Origin: Armatimonadota bacterium
GTDB taxonomy: Bacteria > Sysuimicrobiota > Sysuimicrobiia > Sysuimicrobiales > Kaftiobacteriaceae
Direction: 5' to 3'
DNA length: 52,069 bases
Assembly: GCA_037440005.1 (NCBI GenBank)
Contig: JBBIUY010000019.1
Location: forward strand, 1-52,069
In this document: positions 17,976 through 29,417 of the stretch, piece by piece
Numbering within the stretch: position 1 is the first letter of the stretch
Layout of the letters: each line of letters starts with the position of its first letter
Position numbers and translations under genes: made by a program
Notes under the pieces: generated by a model
The model's input: the letters and a program-made list of their open reading frames with translations, nothing else
Told to the model about the DNA's origin: nothing
Database searches by the model: none

Positions 17976-19255
17976 GGCCTCCCCTCCCGGCTGCCCGCAG
18001 GGCGGGGCAGGGCGATCAGCGCGTCGCGCTCGCGCCCCACGCCCGCCAGGGTGACCGGCACCCCCACCAGGTCTTCCACCCGCTGCAGAAACGCCCGGGC
18101 GGCAGAGGGGAGGTCGGCGGCGCTGCGCGCGCCGGCGGCGCCCTCCCAGCCCTCCATCTCCTCGTAGACCGGCTGGACCCGCGCGAGCACCGGGGTGGGC
18201 GGCACCGTGCGCCACACCCGCGCCCCGTCCCGGTAGCCCACGCAGATCCGCACGGTCCGGAAGCCGTCCAGCACGTCCACCTTCATCACCGCCAGGTCGG
18301 TGAACCCGGCCACCTCGGCGGCAAAGCGGGCCGCCACCGCGTCAAACCACCCGCAGCGGCGGGGGCGCCCGGTGGTCGCCCCGTACTCCTCCCCCCGCTC
18401 CCGCAGCACGTCCGCCACGGCCCCGGACAGTTCCGAGGGCAGAGGGCCCGCTCCCACGGCGGTGGTGTAGGCTTTGACCACCCCGATGACCCGGGTGATG
18501 CGCCCGGCCGGGACGCCCGCTCCGGCGCAGGCCCCGCCGGGCAGGCAGGTGGAGGAGGTCACGTACGGGTACGTCCCCCAGGTCAGGTCCCGCATCACGC
18601 CCAGCTGGCCTTCCAGGATGACCAGGTCGTCCCGGCGCAGGGCCTCCTGGACCAGCGGGTGGGTGTCGGCGATGTAGGGGAGCAGGCGCTCCCGCCACTG
18701 TTCGCACAGGTCCAGCAGCTCTCCCGGGGTGATGGTGCGCCCCACCATCGCCCCCGCCCGCCGCGCCGCCTCGCCCAGGCGCTCCCACAGGAACTCGGGC
18801 TGGAGCAGGTCCCCGACCCGCACGCCGCAGCGGGCCGCCGCGTCGGCGTAGGCGGGGCCGATGCCCCGCCGGGTGGTCCCCAGCGCCCGGGGTCCGCGGG
18901 CCACCTCGGCGACCTCGTCCTGCTCCCGGTGGTGGGGGAAGACCAGGTGGGCGCGGTCGGACAGCCGCAGCCGCGCGGTGGAGATCCCCCGGGCCTCCAG
19001 CAGGGCGATCTCCCCCAGCAGCACGTCCGGGTTGACCACCACGCCCGGCCCGATGACGCAGGTGACGTGGGGGTGGCAGATGCCCGACGGCACCAGGTGC
19101 AGCCGCAGGACGCCCCAGGGTCCCACCAGGGTGTGGCCGGCGTTGTCTCCGCCGTTGTAGCGGATGACCATCTGCGCCCGCTCCGCCAGGGCGTCCACGA
19201 CCTTGCCCTTGCCTTCATCCCCCCACTGGCCGCCCACCACCGCGACGACCGGCAT
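17972..19255 (-). CDS. purA: Adenylosuccinate synthetase
   Basis: GGQWGDEGKGK, GGDNAGHT, GTYPYVTSS, EYGATTGRPRRCGWFD. Confidence 0.97.
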   Translation of the reverse strand: MPVVAVVGGQWGDEGKGKVVDALAERAQMVIRYNGGDNAGHTLVGPWGVLRLHLVPSGICHPHVTCVIGPGVVVNPDVLLGEIALLEARGISTARLRLSDRAHLVFPHHREQDEVAEVARGPRALGTTRRGIGPAYADAAARCGVRVGDLLQPEFLWERLGEAARRAGAMVGRTITPGELLDLCEQWRERLLPYIADTHPLVQEALRRDDLVILEGQLGVMRDLTWGTYPYVTSSTCLPGGACAGAGVPAGRITRVIGVVKAYTTAVGAGPLPSELSGAVADVLRERGEEYGATTGRPRRCGWFDAVAARFAAEVAGFTDLAVMKVDVLDGFRTVRICVGYRDGARVWRTVPPTPVLARVQPVYEEMEGWEGAAGARSAADLPSAARAFLQRVEDLVGVPVTLAGVGRERDALIALPRPAGSREGRP

Positions 19256-19256
19256 C

Positions 19257-19790
19257 TTAAGACGTCTCCCCATAGGGCCGGGGATCGGGCACCGCAGGCC
19301 TGACCGGGGGTCCTGGGTCGGCGGCCGGGGGCGCCGGCGCCCTCAGCGCCCGCAGCCGCTCCCGCAGGGAGAGGTCGTGCACCGCCAGGATCTGCGCGGC
19401 CAGCAGGGCCGCGTTGCGGGCCCCCCAGGACCCGATCGCCACCGTGGCCACCGGCACCCCCGGAGGCATCTGGACGGTGGACAGCAGCGCGTCCAGCCCT
19501 CCCAGGCCGGTGGCGGCTAGGGGCACGCCGATCACCGGCAGCACGGTGCGCGCCGCCAGCGCGCCGGCCAGGTGGGCCGCCCCGCCGGCGGCGGCGATGA
19601 GGACCTGCAGACCCCGCTCCTCCGCGCTGCGCGCGTAGCGGTCCACCCGGTCCGGCGTGCGGTGGGCGGAGGCGACGACGACTTCCGCGGGGACGCCCAG
19701 GGCGGCCAGGGTGCGCTGCGCCTCCTCCATGACGGGCCGGTCCGACTCGCTGCCCAGGACGATCCCCACCCGGGGCGATGTGGCCTGCAT
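19257..19790 (-). CDS. purE: N5-CAIR mutase (PurE)
   Basis: [32 protein letters not shown]. Confidence 0.96.
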   Translation of the reverse strand: MQATSPRVGIVLGSESDRPVMEEAQRTLAALGVPAEVVVASAHRTPDRVDRYARSAEERGLQVLIAAAGGAAHLAGALAARTVLPVIGVPLAATGLGGLDALLSTVQMPPGVPVATVAIGSWGARNAALLAAQILAVHDLSLRERLRALRAPAPPAADPGPPVRPAVPDPRPYGETS

Positions 19791-21061
19791 CAGGAGCCTC
19801 CGGCGGCCGCACCGACGGCCGCCCCCGGACGTCCGATGTCCGGACGGTAGCGCATCCCCTCAAAGCCGATCCGGCCCACCGCCTCATAGGCGCGGTCGGC
19901 GGCTTCCGGCACCGTGGCAGCCACCCCCACCACGCTGAGCACCCGGCCGCCGGCGGTCACCAGCGCGCCGTCGCGGAGGGCGGTCCCCCCATAGAACACC
20001 AGCACGTCGTCCGGCACCGCGCCCAGGCCGGTGATGGGGGCGCCGGTGCGGACCGGCCCGGGATAGCCCGCGCTCGCCAGGACCACGCACACCGCCGCCT
20101 GCAGCCCCCACCGCAGTCCGGGATCGCGGCCGTCCATCACGTCCGCCAGCGCCACGGCCAGCGGCGTCCGCAGCAGGGGGAGCAGGACCTGCGCTTCGGG
20201 GTCGCCGAACCGGCAGTTGAACTCCAGCACGCGCACCCCGTCCGGGGTCACCATCACGCCCGCGTACAGGACCCCGACGAACGGGCTGCCCTCGGCCGCC
20301 AGCGCTTCGGCGGCGCGCTGGAGGATCGCGCCCGCCTCGCGGGCGGCACCGTCGGGCAGGGGGGACGGAGCCAGCGCTCCCATGCCGCCGGTATTGGGTC
20401 CGGTGTCCCCCACACCCGCGCGCTTGTAGTCCCGCGCCGGCAGAAGCGGCCAGACCCGGGTTCCGCACACCAGGGCCAGCAGGCTGGCCTCCTGGCCGTC
20501 CAGGCATTCCTCGATCACCACGCGCCGGCCGGCCGCCCCGTGGGTCCGGCGCACCATCAGGTCCACCACGGCGCGCTCGGCCTCCCCGGTTGTCCGGGCG
20601 ACCACCACGCCCTTGCCGGCGGCCAGGCCGTCGGCCTTGACCACCACGGGACCTCTCGCGCGGCGGACGCACTGCAGGGCGGAGGCCGGGTCGTCGCAGA
20701 CCTGGTAGGACGCGGTGGGAATCCCCCACCGGCGCATCAGGTCCTTGGCGAACGCCTTGCTGGCCTCCACCCGGGCGGCGGCGGCCGTCGGCCCGAACAG
20801 GCGCAGTCCCCGCGCGGCGAACAGGTCCGCGATGCCCATGGCCAGGGGCTGTTCGGGGCCGACGACGGTGAGGTCGATGTCCAGGTCGTCCGCCGCCGAC
20901 GCCAGAGCCGGCAGGTCGGTGGCGGCGATGGGCAGGCAGGTGGCCAGGCGGGCGATCCCCGGGTTGCCGGGGGCGGCGTACACCCGGACGGCGGGGTCAG
21001 ACCCCAGCGCCCACGCCAGCGCGTGCTCCCGTGCTCCCGACCCCACTACGAGGACCTTCAC
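19790..21061 (-). CDS. purD: Phosphoribosylamine-glycine ligase
   Basis: [39 protein letters not shown]. Confidence 0.97.
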   Translation of the reverse strand: MKVLVVGSGAREHALAWALGSDPAVRVYAAPGNPGIARLATCLPIAATDLPALASAADDLDIDLTVVGPEQPLAMGIADLFAARGLRLFGPTAAAARVEASKAFAKDLMRRWGIPTASYQVCDDPASALQCVRRARGPVVVKADGLAAGKGVVVARTTGEAERAVVDLMVRRTHGAAGRRVVIEECLDGQEASLLALVCGTRVWPLLPARDYKRAGVGDTGPNTGGMGALAPSPLPDGAAREAGAILQRAAEALAAEGSPFVGVLYAGVMVTPDGVRVLEFNCRFGDPEAQVLLPLLRTPLAVALADVMDGRDPGLRWGLQAAVCVVLASAGYPGPVRTGAPITGLGAVPDDVLVFYGGTALRDGALVTAGGRVLSVVGVAATVPEAADRAYEAVGRIGFEGMRYRPDIGRPGAAVGAAAGGS

Positions 21062-21075
21062 CCGCGCCCCACCGT

Positions 21076-21089
21076 ATCGTTCGGATTTT
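21076..21089 (-). promoter_or_regulatory. PurBox-like site, leader-proximal (AAAATCCGAACGAT)
   Basis: AT-rich island in GC-rich DNA with the CGAA core of the Firmicute PurR box (AWWWCCGAACWWT), just upstream of purD. Confidence 0.6.
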
Positions 21090-21138
21090 GACTCCTACGG
21101 CCGGTGCGAGCCACGAAAGACGGTCTCCGGCCGACCAA

Positions 21139-21167
21139 AGTGTAAACGGAATAGGCTCGTTGCGCAA
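21139..21167 (-). promoter_or_regulatory. Sigma70-type promoter of the pur operon
   Basis: TTGCGC - 17 bp - TACACT on the minus strand. Confidence 0.75.
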
Positions 21168-21168
21168 C

Positions 21169-21182
21169 AATGTTCGTATTTT
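21169..21182 (-). promoter_or_regulatory. PurBox-like site next to the -35 (AAAATACGAACATT)
   Basis: Close match to Firmicute PurBox; one base upstream of the -35 hexamer. Confidence 0.7.
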
Positions 21183-21225
21183 TGGGGGGTGACGGTGTCC
21201 AGCCGACGGTGGGTGGGGTGGCCGG

Positions 21226-21266
21226 AAAACAGAGCGGGCCCTGCCGGACCGTCCGGCAGGGCCCGC
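21226..21266 (-). terminator. Rho-independent terminator after groEL
   Basis: Perfect 16-bp inverted repeat GCGGGCCCTGCCGGAC/GTCCGGCAGGGCCCGC followed by TCTGTTTT on the minus strand. Confidence 0.85.
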
Positions 21267-21285
21267 GGGAGGGGTCAGGACGGGC

Positions 21286-22905
<1,620 letters not shown>

Positions 22906-22923
22906 TCACCTCCGCACGACGCT

Positions 22924-22991
22924 GCGGGACCGGGGATCGGGCTCCGACGACCCGGACCGGCGCGGCCCGGACCCCCGGTCCCCGATCCCGC
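22924..22991. repeat. Imperfect inverted repeat built from GGGRYCG-like heptamers between groES and groEL
   Basis: GCGGGACCGGGGATCGGG (22924-22941) pairs with CCCGGTCCCCGATCCCGC (22974-22991), 2 mismatches. Confidence 0.6.
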
Positions 22992-22996
22992 CGGGA

Positions 22997-23311
22997 TCAC
23001 TTCTTGGCCGCCGCCGGCTCGCGCTCGACGATGGCCAGGATGTCGCTGTGGCGCAGGATCAGGTGCTCCACGCCGTCGATCTTGACCTCGGTGCCGGCGT
23101 ACTTGGCGAAGAGCACGTGGTCGCCCACCTTGACGTCCAGGGGCAGCCGCTTCTCGCCCTCCTCGTCCCACTCCCCGGGCCCCACGGCCACCACCTCGCC
23201 CCGCTGGGGCTTCTCCTTGGCGGTGTCGGGGAGGACGATCCCCCCCGAGGTGCGCTCCTCGTCCTCGATAGGGCGAACCAGCACACGGTCGCCCAGCGGC
23301 CGCAGCTTCAT
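22997..23311 (-). CDS. groS: Co-chaperonin GroES
   Basis: [32 protein letters not shown]. Confidence 0.98.
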   Translation of the reverse strand: MKLRPLGDRVLVRPIEDEERTSGGIVLPDTAKEKPQRGEVVAVGPGEWDEEGEKRLPLDVKVGDHVLFAKYAGTEVKIDGVEHLILRHSDILAIVEREPAAAKK

Positions 23312-23339
23312 GGACGCTCCCTCCTTTTCTGCGACAGGA

Positions 23340-23366
23340 TTAGCACTCGCGGGCGTAGAGTGCTAG
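23340..23366. promoter_or_regulatory. CIRCE element (HrcA operator)
   Basis: TTAGCACTC-N9-GAGTGCTAG, one mismatch to consensus, upstream of groES. Confidence 0.95.
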
Positions 23367-23375
23367 GCCACCCCC

Positions 23376-23404
23376 ATCTTACTGGGGATGCGGCCGCCGT
23401 TCAA
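23376..23404 (-). promoter_or_regulatory. Sigma70-type promoter of groESL
   Basis: TTGAAC - 17 bp - TAAGAT on the minus strand, 9 bp upstream of CIRCE. Confidence 0.8.
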
Positions 23405-23473
23405 GACCGGACCCGGCGCCGCGGGGAGATCCCGGGCCCTCCCGGCGGGGCCGCGGCGGGCGGGCTCCCACGG

Positions 23474-23505
23474 TTGTGCACAGTATCCACAGGGGGTTAT
23501 CCCCA
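23474..23505 (+). promoter_or_regulatory. Cluster of three DnaA-box-like 9-mers
   Basis: TTGTGCACA, GTATCCACA, TTATCCCCA in the same orientation (2, 1 and 1 mismatches to TTATCCACA). Confidence 0.6.
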
Positions 23506-23522
23506 TCCGGGGACCTGGCCGG

Positions 23523-24542
<1,020 letters not shown>

Positions 24543-24544
24543 CC

Positions 24545-25099
24545 CTACGGCGGCGACTCCCCTCCGGCCGAGGCGTCCGGCCCTTCCCGCTCCAGGGCCG
24601 CGCGCAGCCGCCCCAGCTGCTGCTGGTAGGCCGGTTCGCGCAGGTCCCCGGTCCACATGACGATGGCGTCCTCCCGGTTGTCGCTGTAGTAGCCCTTGCG
24701 CACCCCGATTTCCCGGAACCCGTACTTGCGGTACAGGGCCTGGGCGGCGAGGTTGGACCGCCGGACCTCCAGGGTCATCCACCGGGCGCCCCGGGCCAGG
24801 GCTTCGTCGATCAGACCCACCAGCAGCCGTTCGCCGATGTGCTGGCCCCGGTACTGGGGGTCGACGGCGATGGTGGTGATGTGGGCCTCGTCCAGGATCA
24901 CCCACATCCCCGCGTACCCCACCACCTCTCCGGTCTCGGCCCGCGCCACCAGGTAGGCCGCCAGGCGGTTCTCCCGCAGTTCGTGGGCGTAGGCGTCCCG
25001 GGGCCAGGGGGTGCGGAACGACTGGCGCTCGATCTCCAGCACCCGCGGGATGTCCTCCGGGCGCATGGGCTGGAGGCGGACGCGGACGATCTGCTTCAC
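24545..25099 (-). CDS. rimI: Ribosomal-protein-alanine N-acetyltransferase
   Basis: EAHITTIAV, LEVRRSN, LYRKYGF..RKGYY..EDAIVM. Confidence 0.93.
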   Translation of the reverse strand: MKQIVRVRLQPMRPEDIPRVLEIERQSFRTPWPRDAYAHELRENRLAAYLVARAETGEVVGYAGMWVILDEAHITTIAVDPQYRGQHIGERLLVGLIDEALARGARWMTLEVRRSNLAAQALYRKYGFREIGVRKGYYSDNREDAIVMWTGDLREPAYQQQLGRLRAALEREGPDASAGGESPP

Positions 25100-25833
25100 G
25101 GGTCCTGTAGTCCCACTGCGCCGCCGGAGGCGGGTTCTCCTCCGGCGACGGCCGGACGCGCGTAGTGGGGGCGCACCTGGTAGAGGTGGTCGCGCTCGCC
25201 CCGGCTGAGGCGTCTCCACGCCAGCCGGCCCAGCGCCGCCGCGGTGGGTGCCCACGTCTCGCGGGGGGCGATCCGGGCCCGGGGGTGCGCCGCCCGCACG
25301 GCGGCTTCGTAGCGCTCCAGGGCGTCTCCGACGAACGTCACCGCCAGGTCGGGCGGCAGCCGGCGCAGCACCTCCTCCACCGTCCCCACCACCGGGTCCA
25401 TCCGGGGACGGCCGGCATTCGGCGGGTCGTACAGGGCCCCGGCCACCGCGCCCTGCCGCACGTCCAGCAGGACGCACACCGGCCCGGAATCCCCCACGCC
25501 CGCGGCCACCACCGCCAGCGTGGGGACGCCCACCAGGGGAACATGTCGGGCGCGGGCCCAGGCCAGGGCGGTGGCCAGGCCGATCCGCACGCTGGTGAAC
25601 CCCCCGGGTCCGGTGGACACCGCCACGGCCTGCACGCCGTCCGGAGGCAGGGCCTGGTCGTCCAGCAGCCGGCGGATCGCCGGCGCCAGCCACTCCAGGT
25701 GGCGCCGGGGCACCACCGCCTCCTCCTGCGCCAGCACCTCCTCCCCGCGCAGCAGGGCCACGCCGGCCGACGGCGTGGACGTCTCCAGGGCCAGGATCAC
25801 CGGCAGGACGCCGGCACCGTCCGCACCGATCAC
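25096..25833 (-). CDS. tsaB: t6A biosynthesis protein TsaB
   Basis: ILALETST, GPGGFTSVRIG; lies between tsaE and rimI. Confidence 0.93.
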   Translation of the reverse strand: MIGADGAGVLPVILALETSTPSAGVALLRGEEVLAQEEAVVPRRHLEWLAPAIRRLLDDQALPPDGVQAVAVSTGPGGFTSVRIGLATALAWARARHVPLVGVPTLAVVAAGVGDSGPVCVLLDVRQGAVAGALYDPPNAGRPRMDPVVGTVEEVLRRLPPDLAVTFVGDALERYEAAVRAAHPRARIAPRETWAPTAAALGRLAWRRLSRGERDHLYQVRPHYARPAVAGGEPASGGAVGLQDP

Positions 25834-26330
25834 GGGCGTCCCTCCCCGCCCGGGCCGAGGGCTTCGGCCAGCCGGGCGGAGCGCGCGCCGTGGGGGATCA
25901 CCTCCAGCACCCGCTCGTTCTCGCCGTCGGCAAACGCCACCGTCACCCACAGGTGGTCGGGCGGCAGCAGGCCCCGGGCCCGCTCGGCCCACTCGATGAC
26001 CACGACGCCTCCTGCGGCGAGCACCTCGTCCAATCCCAGGTCGTCCAGCTGCTCGGGACGGTCCAGCCGGTACAGGTCCACGTGGTAGACGGGGACGGGG
26101 CCCCGGTACTCGCGCACCAGGGTGAAGGTCGGGCTGGCGATGTAGCCGGACGCGCCCGCCCCCCGGGCGATGCCGCGGGCCAGCACCGTCTTGCCGGCGC
26201 CCAGGTCCCCCGACAGCGCCACCACGTCCCCGGGCTGCAGCCGGCTGCCCAGGCGGCGGCCCACGGCCTCGGTCTCGTCCTCCGACCGGGTCACCAGGCG
26301 GATGGGTCCGGGGCGGCGCTCGCCGGACAT
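25830..26330 (-). CDS. tsaE: t6A biosynthesis ATPase TsaE
   Basis: GDLGAGKT, SPTFTL, HVDLYRL, IEWAE. Confidence 0.96.
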   Translation of the reverse strand: MSGERRPGPIRLVTRSEDETEAVGRRLGSRLQPGDVVALSGDLGAGKTVLARGIARGAGASGYIASPTFTLVREYRGPVPVYHVDLYRLDRPEQLDDLGLDEVLAAGGVVVIEWAERARGLLPPDHLWVTVAFADGENERVLEVIPHGARSARLAEALGPGGEGRP

Positions 26331-26334
26331 GCCC

Positions 26335-27645
26335 CTAGCGCAGCGGGCGCACCCGCAGGCGCAGGCCCTCCACCGCCACCACGGTGACCCGCTCGCCCGC
26401 CCGGATCGGCTCCCCCTCCGCCTCGGCGGACCACATCTCGCCCTGGACGTACACCTGGCCGTCGGGGGCCAGGTCCGTGCGGGCCACCCCCACCGCGCCC
26501 AGCAGACCCTGCGGACCCATCCGGGCCGGCGCCCGCTGGGCCCGCAGCCCCGCTCCCACGGCGTACAGGAAGAACGCGCCCGTGAGCAGGGCGGTGAACA
26601 CCGCCACCTGCAGGGACACCTGGAAGAAGGGCAGCTGGCGCTCGGTGAGCAGCAGCGCGCCCAGGATGAACGCCAGGACGCCCCCGACGGTGAGCACGCC
26701 GTGGCCGGGGACTTTCAGGTCGGCGATGAAGAACAGCACCGACAGGGCGATGAGCGCCAGCCCGGCCACGTTCACCTGCAGGATGGCGAAGGAGGTCAGG
26801 GCCAGGATCAGCGCGATGGCGCCCACCACGCCCGGCAGGATGGCGCCGGGGTTGCTCAGCTCGAAGATGATGCCGTAGATGGCGATGGTCATCAGGATGA
26901 GGCCGATGTTGGGGTCGCTGAGCAGGTCCAGGACCCGCTCGCTGGGGTCCATGGCCAGGGTCCGGACCGGCGCCCCCCGGGTCCGCAGCCGCACGGGCCC
27001 CGCCGCCGTCTCCACCTCCCGCCCGTCCACCCGGGCCAGCAGGTCGGCGACGTCCGCGGCCACCAGGTCCACCACCCGCAGCCGCACGGCCTCCTCCTCG
27101 TCCACCGACACGCTCTCCCGCACGGCCCGCTCGGCCCAGTCGGCGTTGCGTCCCCGGCGGCGGGCGATGGCCCGGATGTTGGCCACCGCGTCGTTGGTGA
27201 CCTTGTCCATGATGGTGCGGTCCTGCTCGCCCTGCCCCACGGCCACCGGGTGGGCGGCGCCGATCCGGGTGCCCGGGGCCATGGCCGCCACGTGGGCCGC
27301 GTAGGTGACGAACACCCCGGCCGAGGCCGCCCGGGCGCCGCTGGGGCTCACGTAGACCAGCACCGGCACCCGGGCGTTGAGCATGGCGGTGGTGATGTCC
27401 TCCATGGATCGCAGCAGCCCGCCCGGGGTGTTGAGCTCGACCAGCACCGCCGTGGTCCCGGCCTCCTCGGCGGTGCGGATGGCGCGGCGGATGTAGCGGG
27501 CGCTGGCCGGGCTGATGACGCCGTCCACCCGGATGCGCAGGACCGCCCGGGACTCCACCACCGGCGGGGCGGCCACCGCCCCGGCCGCCAGCGCCACCGC
27601 CGCGACCGCGGCCGCCCCGATGACCCGGCCCGCCCGTCCCGTCAC
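26335..27645 (-). CDS. nfeD: Long-form NfeD (ClpP-class membrane serine protease)
   Basis: Signal peptide, LNTPGG, AASAG, IGAAHPV, KVTND, TM bundle, C-terminal OB fold (VQGEMWSA). Confidence 0.9.
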   Translation of the reverse strand: MTGRAGRVIGAAAVAAVALAAGAVAAPPVVESRAVLRIRVDGVISPASARYIRRAIRTAEEAGTTAVLVELNTPGGLLRSMEDITTAMLNARVPVLVYVSPSGARAASAGVFVTYAAHVAAMAPGTRIGAAHPVAVGQGEQDRTIMDKVTNDAVANIRAIARRRGRNADWAERAVRESVSVDEEEAVRLRVVDLVAADVADLLARVDGREVETAAGPVRLRTRGAPVRTLAMDPSERVLDLLSDPNIGLILMTIAIYGIIFELSNPGAILPGVVGAIALILALTSFAILQVNVAGLALIALSVLFFIADLKVPGHGVLTVGGVLAFILGALLLTERQLPFFQVSLQVAVFTALLTGAFFLYAVGAGLRAQRAPARMGPQGLLGAVGVARTDLAPDGQVYVQGEMWSAEAEGEPIRAGERVTVVAVEGLRLRVRPLR

Positions 27646-29342
27646 CTCGCCCTCCCCGCCGCCGACAGCCGGGGGGAGACGCCCCCGCGGCTGCGGCCCT
27701 GGCGCTCGAAGATCGCCCGCACGTCGTCCAGGGTGCTGATCTCCCTCGGGCTCTTGTCGAACCGGATGCGCTTGATGCGGGGGAAGCGCAGCGCGTAGCC
27801 GCTGGGATGCCGCAGGGAGCGGGTGACCGCGTCAAACGCCACCTCAAGCACCACCTGCGGCTCCACCTCCTTGACCCGCCCGTGGTCGCGGACCGTGTGG
27901 GCACGGAACCAGGCGGTCAGCTCGGCGATCTCGGCGTCGGTGAGCCCGGTGTAGGCCTTGCCCACGGGGACCAGGCGCTCCCCGTCCCGCACGGCGAAGG
28001 TGACGTCGCTGAGGACGCCCGCGCGCTTGCCGTGGCCCTGCTCGGCCGCCACCACCACCACGTCCAGGGTGGCCAGCTCCTCCTTCCACTTGAGCCACTG
28101 GCGGCCCCGCCGGCCCGGCTGGTAGGGCGACTCCGGCCGCTTCACCACCACCCCCTCGTAGCCGGCGTCCCGGGCCCGGCGGAAGCGGGCGGCCAGCTCG
28201 CTCGGGGTGGAGGCGACGGTGGACGCCGCCAGGCGCACCCTCTCCCCCCACCGCAGGCCCTCCAGCATCCGCCGGCGCTCGCCCAGAGGACGGTCCACCA
28301 GGTCCTCCCCGTCCAGGTGCAGCAGGTCAAAAGCCCACAGGACCACCGGCACGTCGCCCCGCAGGGAGTCGGGGTCCTTGCGGCGCAGGCGCTGCTGCAG
28401 GTGGAGGAACGGGACCGGCCCGTCCTTCCACGCCACGATCTCCCCGTCCAGGACGTAGCGGCCGGCCAGCGCGCGCAGTCCGGCATCCAGTTCGGGGAAC
28501 GACGCGGTGACGTCGTCCAGGGTGCGGCTGTAGACGGCCACCCGGGTCCCGTCGGCGTGCACCTGGCAGCGGATGCCGTCGTACTTGTCCTCCACCACCA
28601 CCGCCGCGGGCACATCCTCCCTCCCGTCGGCCTCCCGCGGGGGCTGGAACGCCTCCTCGGCAGCGTACATGGTCTCCGCCAGCATGAACCGCACCGGCCG
28701 GAACAGCTGCAGCCGGGCCTCGCGCAGCCGTCCCGCGCGGGCCAGGACCGCCGTCAGGCCGATGTCCCCGGTCAGCATGTGCGCCCGGCGGACCGCGTCC
28801 GGGGAGGAGCCGAAGGCGCGGGCGATGGCCTCTTCCAGCAGTCCCTCCTTCAGGCCCACCCGCATGTCGGAGGTGATGATCCGCACCAGGTAGCGCGCCT
28901 CGGCGGGCTCGGCGTCCAGCAGCAGGGCGCGGACCGCCTCCCCCTTGACCTGGCGGGACCCCGGGCCGGAGGCATCCGCCAGGCGGGAGAAGACCTCGTG
29001 CACCCGGGCCAGGGTCAGGGGCTGGGCAAACAGCGGCGCCCGCGCCTTGCGGGCCAGCAGTTCGGCCGCCACCGAGCCCAGGTCGCCGTGGCGCAGGTAG
29101 CTGTCCTCCACCGCCTCCGCCGGGACGCCGGCCCCCTCCCGCAGGGCATCCACCAGGGTGGACCAGCCCACCTGGAGGGACCGGCCGTCGGCCGCCGGCA
29201 GCGGCGCGCCGGTGAGGAACGTGCAGGCGATGCGCAGGTCCGACTCGGACAGAGACCGCAGGTAGTCGGCCAGCGCCTCCACCTTCTGCAGCCTGCTGGT
29301 CGTCCCGGCCACGGCATCCAGGACGGCGGCCAGGCGTCGCAT
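27642..29342 (-). CDS. ATP-dependent DNA ligase (LigB/archaeal-like, with N-terminal DNA-binding domain)
   Basis: EDKYDGIR, LDGEIV, AFDLL, EGVVVK, WLKWK, LRFPRI.RIR.DK motifs. Confidence 0.95.
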   Translation of the reverse strand: MRRLAAVLDAVAGTTSRLQKVEALADYLRSLSESDLRIACTFLTGAPLPAADGRSLQVGWSTLVDALREGAGVPAEAVEDSYLRHGDLGSVAAELLARKARAPLFAQPLTLARVHEVFSRLADASGPGSRQVKGEAVRALLLDAEPAEARYLVRIITSDMRVGLKEGLLEEAIARAFGSSPDAVRRAHMLTGDIGLTAVLARAGRLREARLQLFRPVRFMLAETMYAAEEAFQPPREADGREDVPAAVVVEDKYDGIRCQVHADGTRVAVYSRTLDDVTASFPELDAGLRALAGRYVLDGEIVAWKDGPVPFLHLQQRLRRKDPDSLRGDVPVVLWAFDLLHLDGEDLVDRPLGERRRMLEGLRWGERVRLAASTVASTPSELAARFRRARDAGYEGVVVKRPESPYQPGRRGRQWLKWKEELATLDVVVVAAEQGHGKRAGVLSDVTFAVRDGERLVPVGKAYTGLTDAEIAELTAWFRAHTVRDHGRVKEVEPQVVLEVAFDAVTRSLRHPSGYALRFPRIKRIRFDKSPREISTLDDVRAIFERQGRSRGGVSPRLSAAGRAR

Positions 29343-29417
29343 GGGGACACTCTCCCGTCGTGCAGGACCATTCTACCCCAACCCGCCGACCCGCGGGGTC
29401 GGGCCGGACGAGGTGTC

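Noticed and set aside
21062..21135. Purine, ZTP or PRPP riboswitch in the purD leader
   Set aside because: The leader is short and lacks the conserved aptamer sequences as I recall them; only a simple GC stem is present
23405..23522. Chromosomal replication origin
   Set aside because: Only three boxes, no AT-rich unwinding element and no dnaA/dnaN nearby
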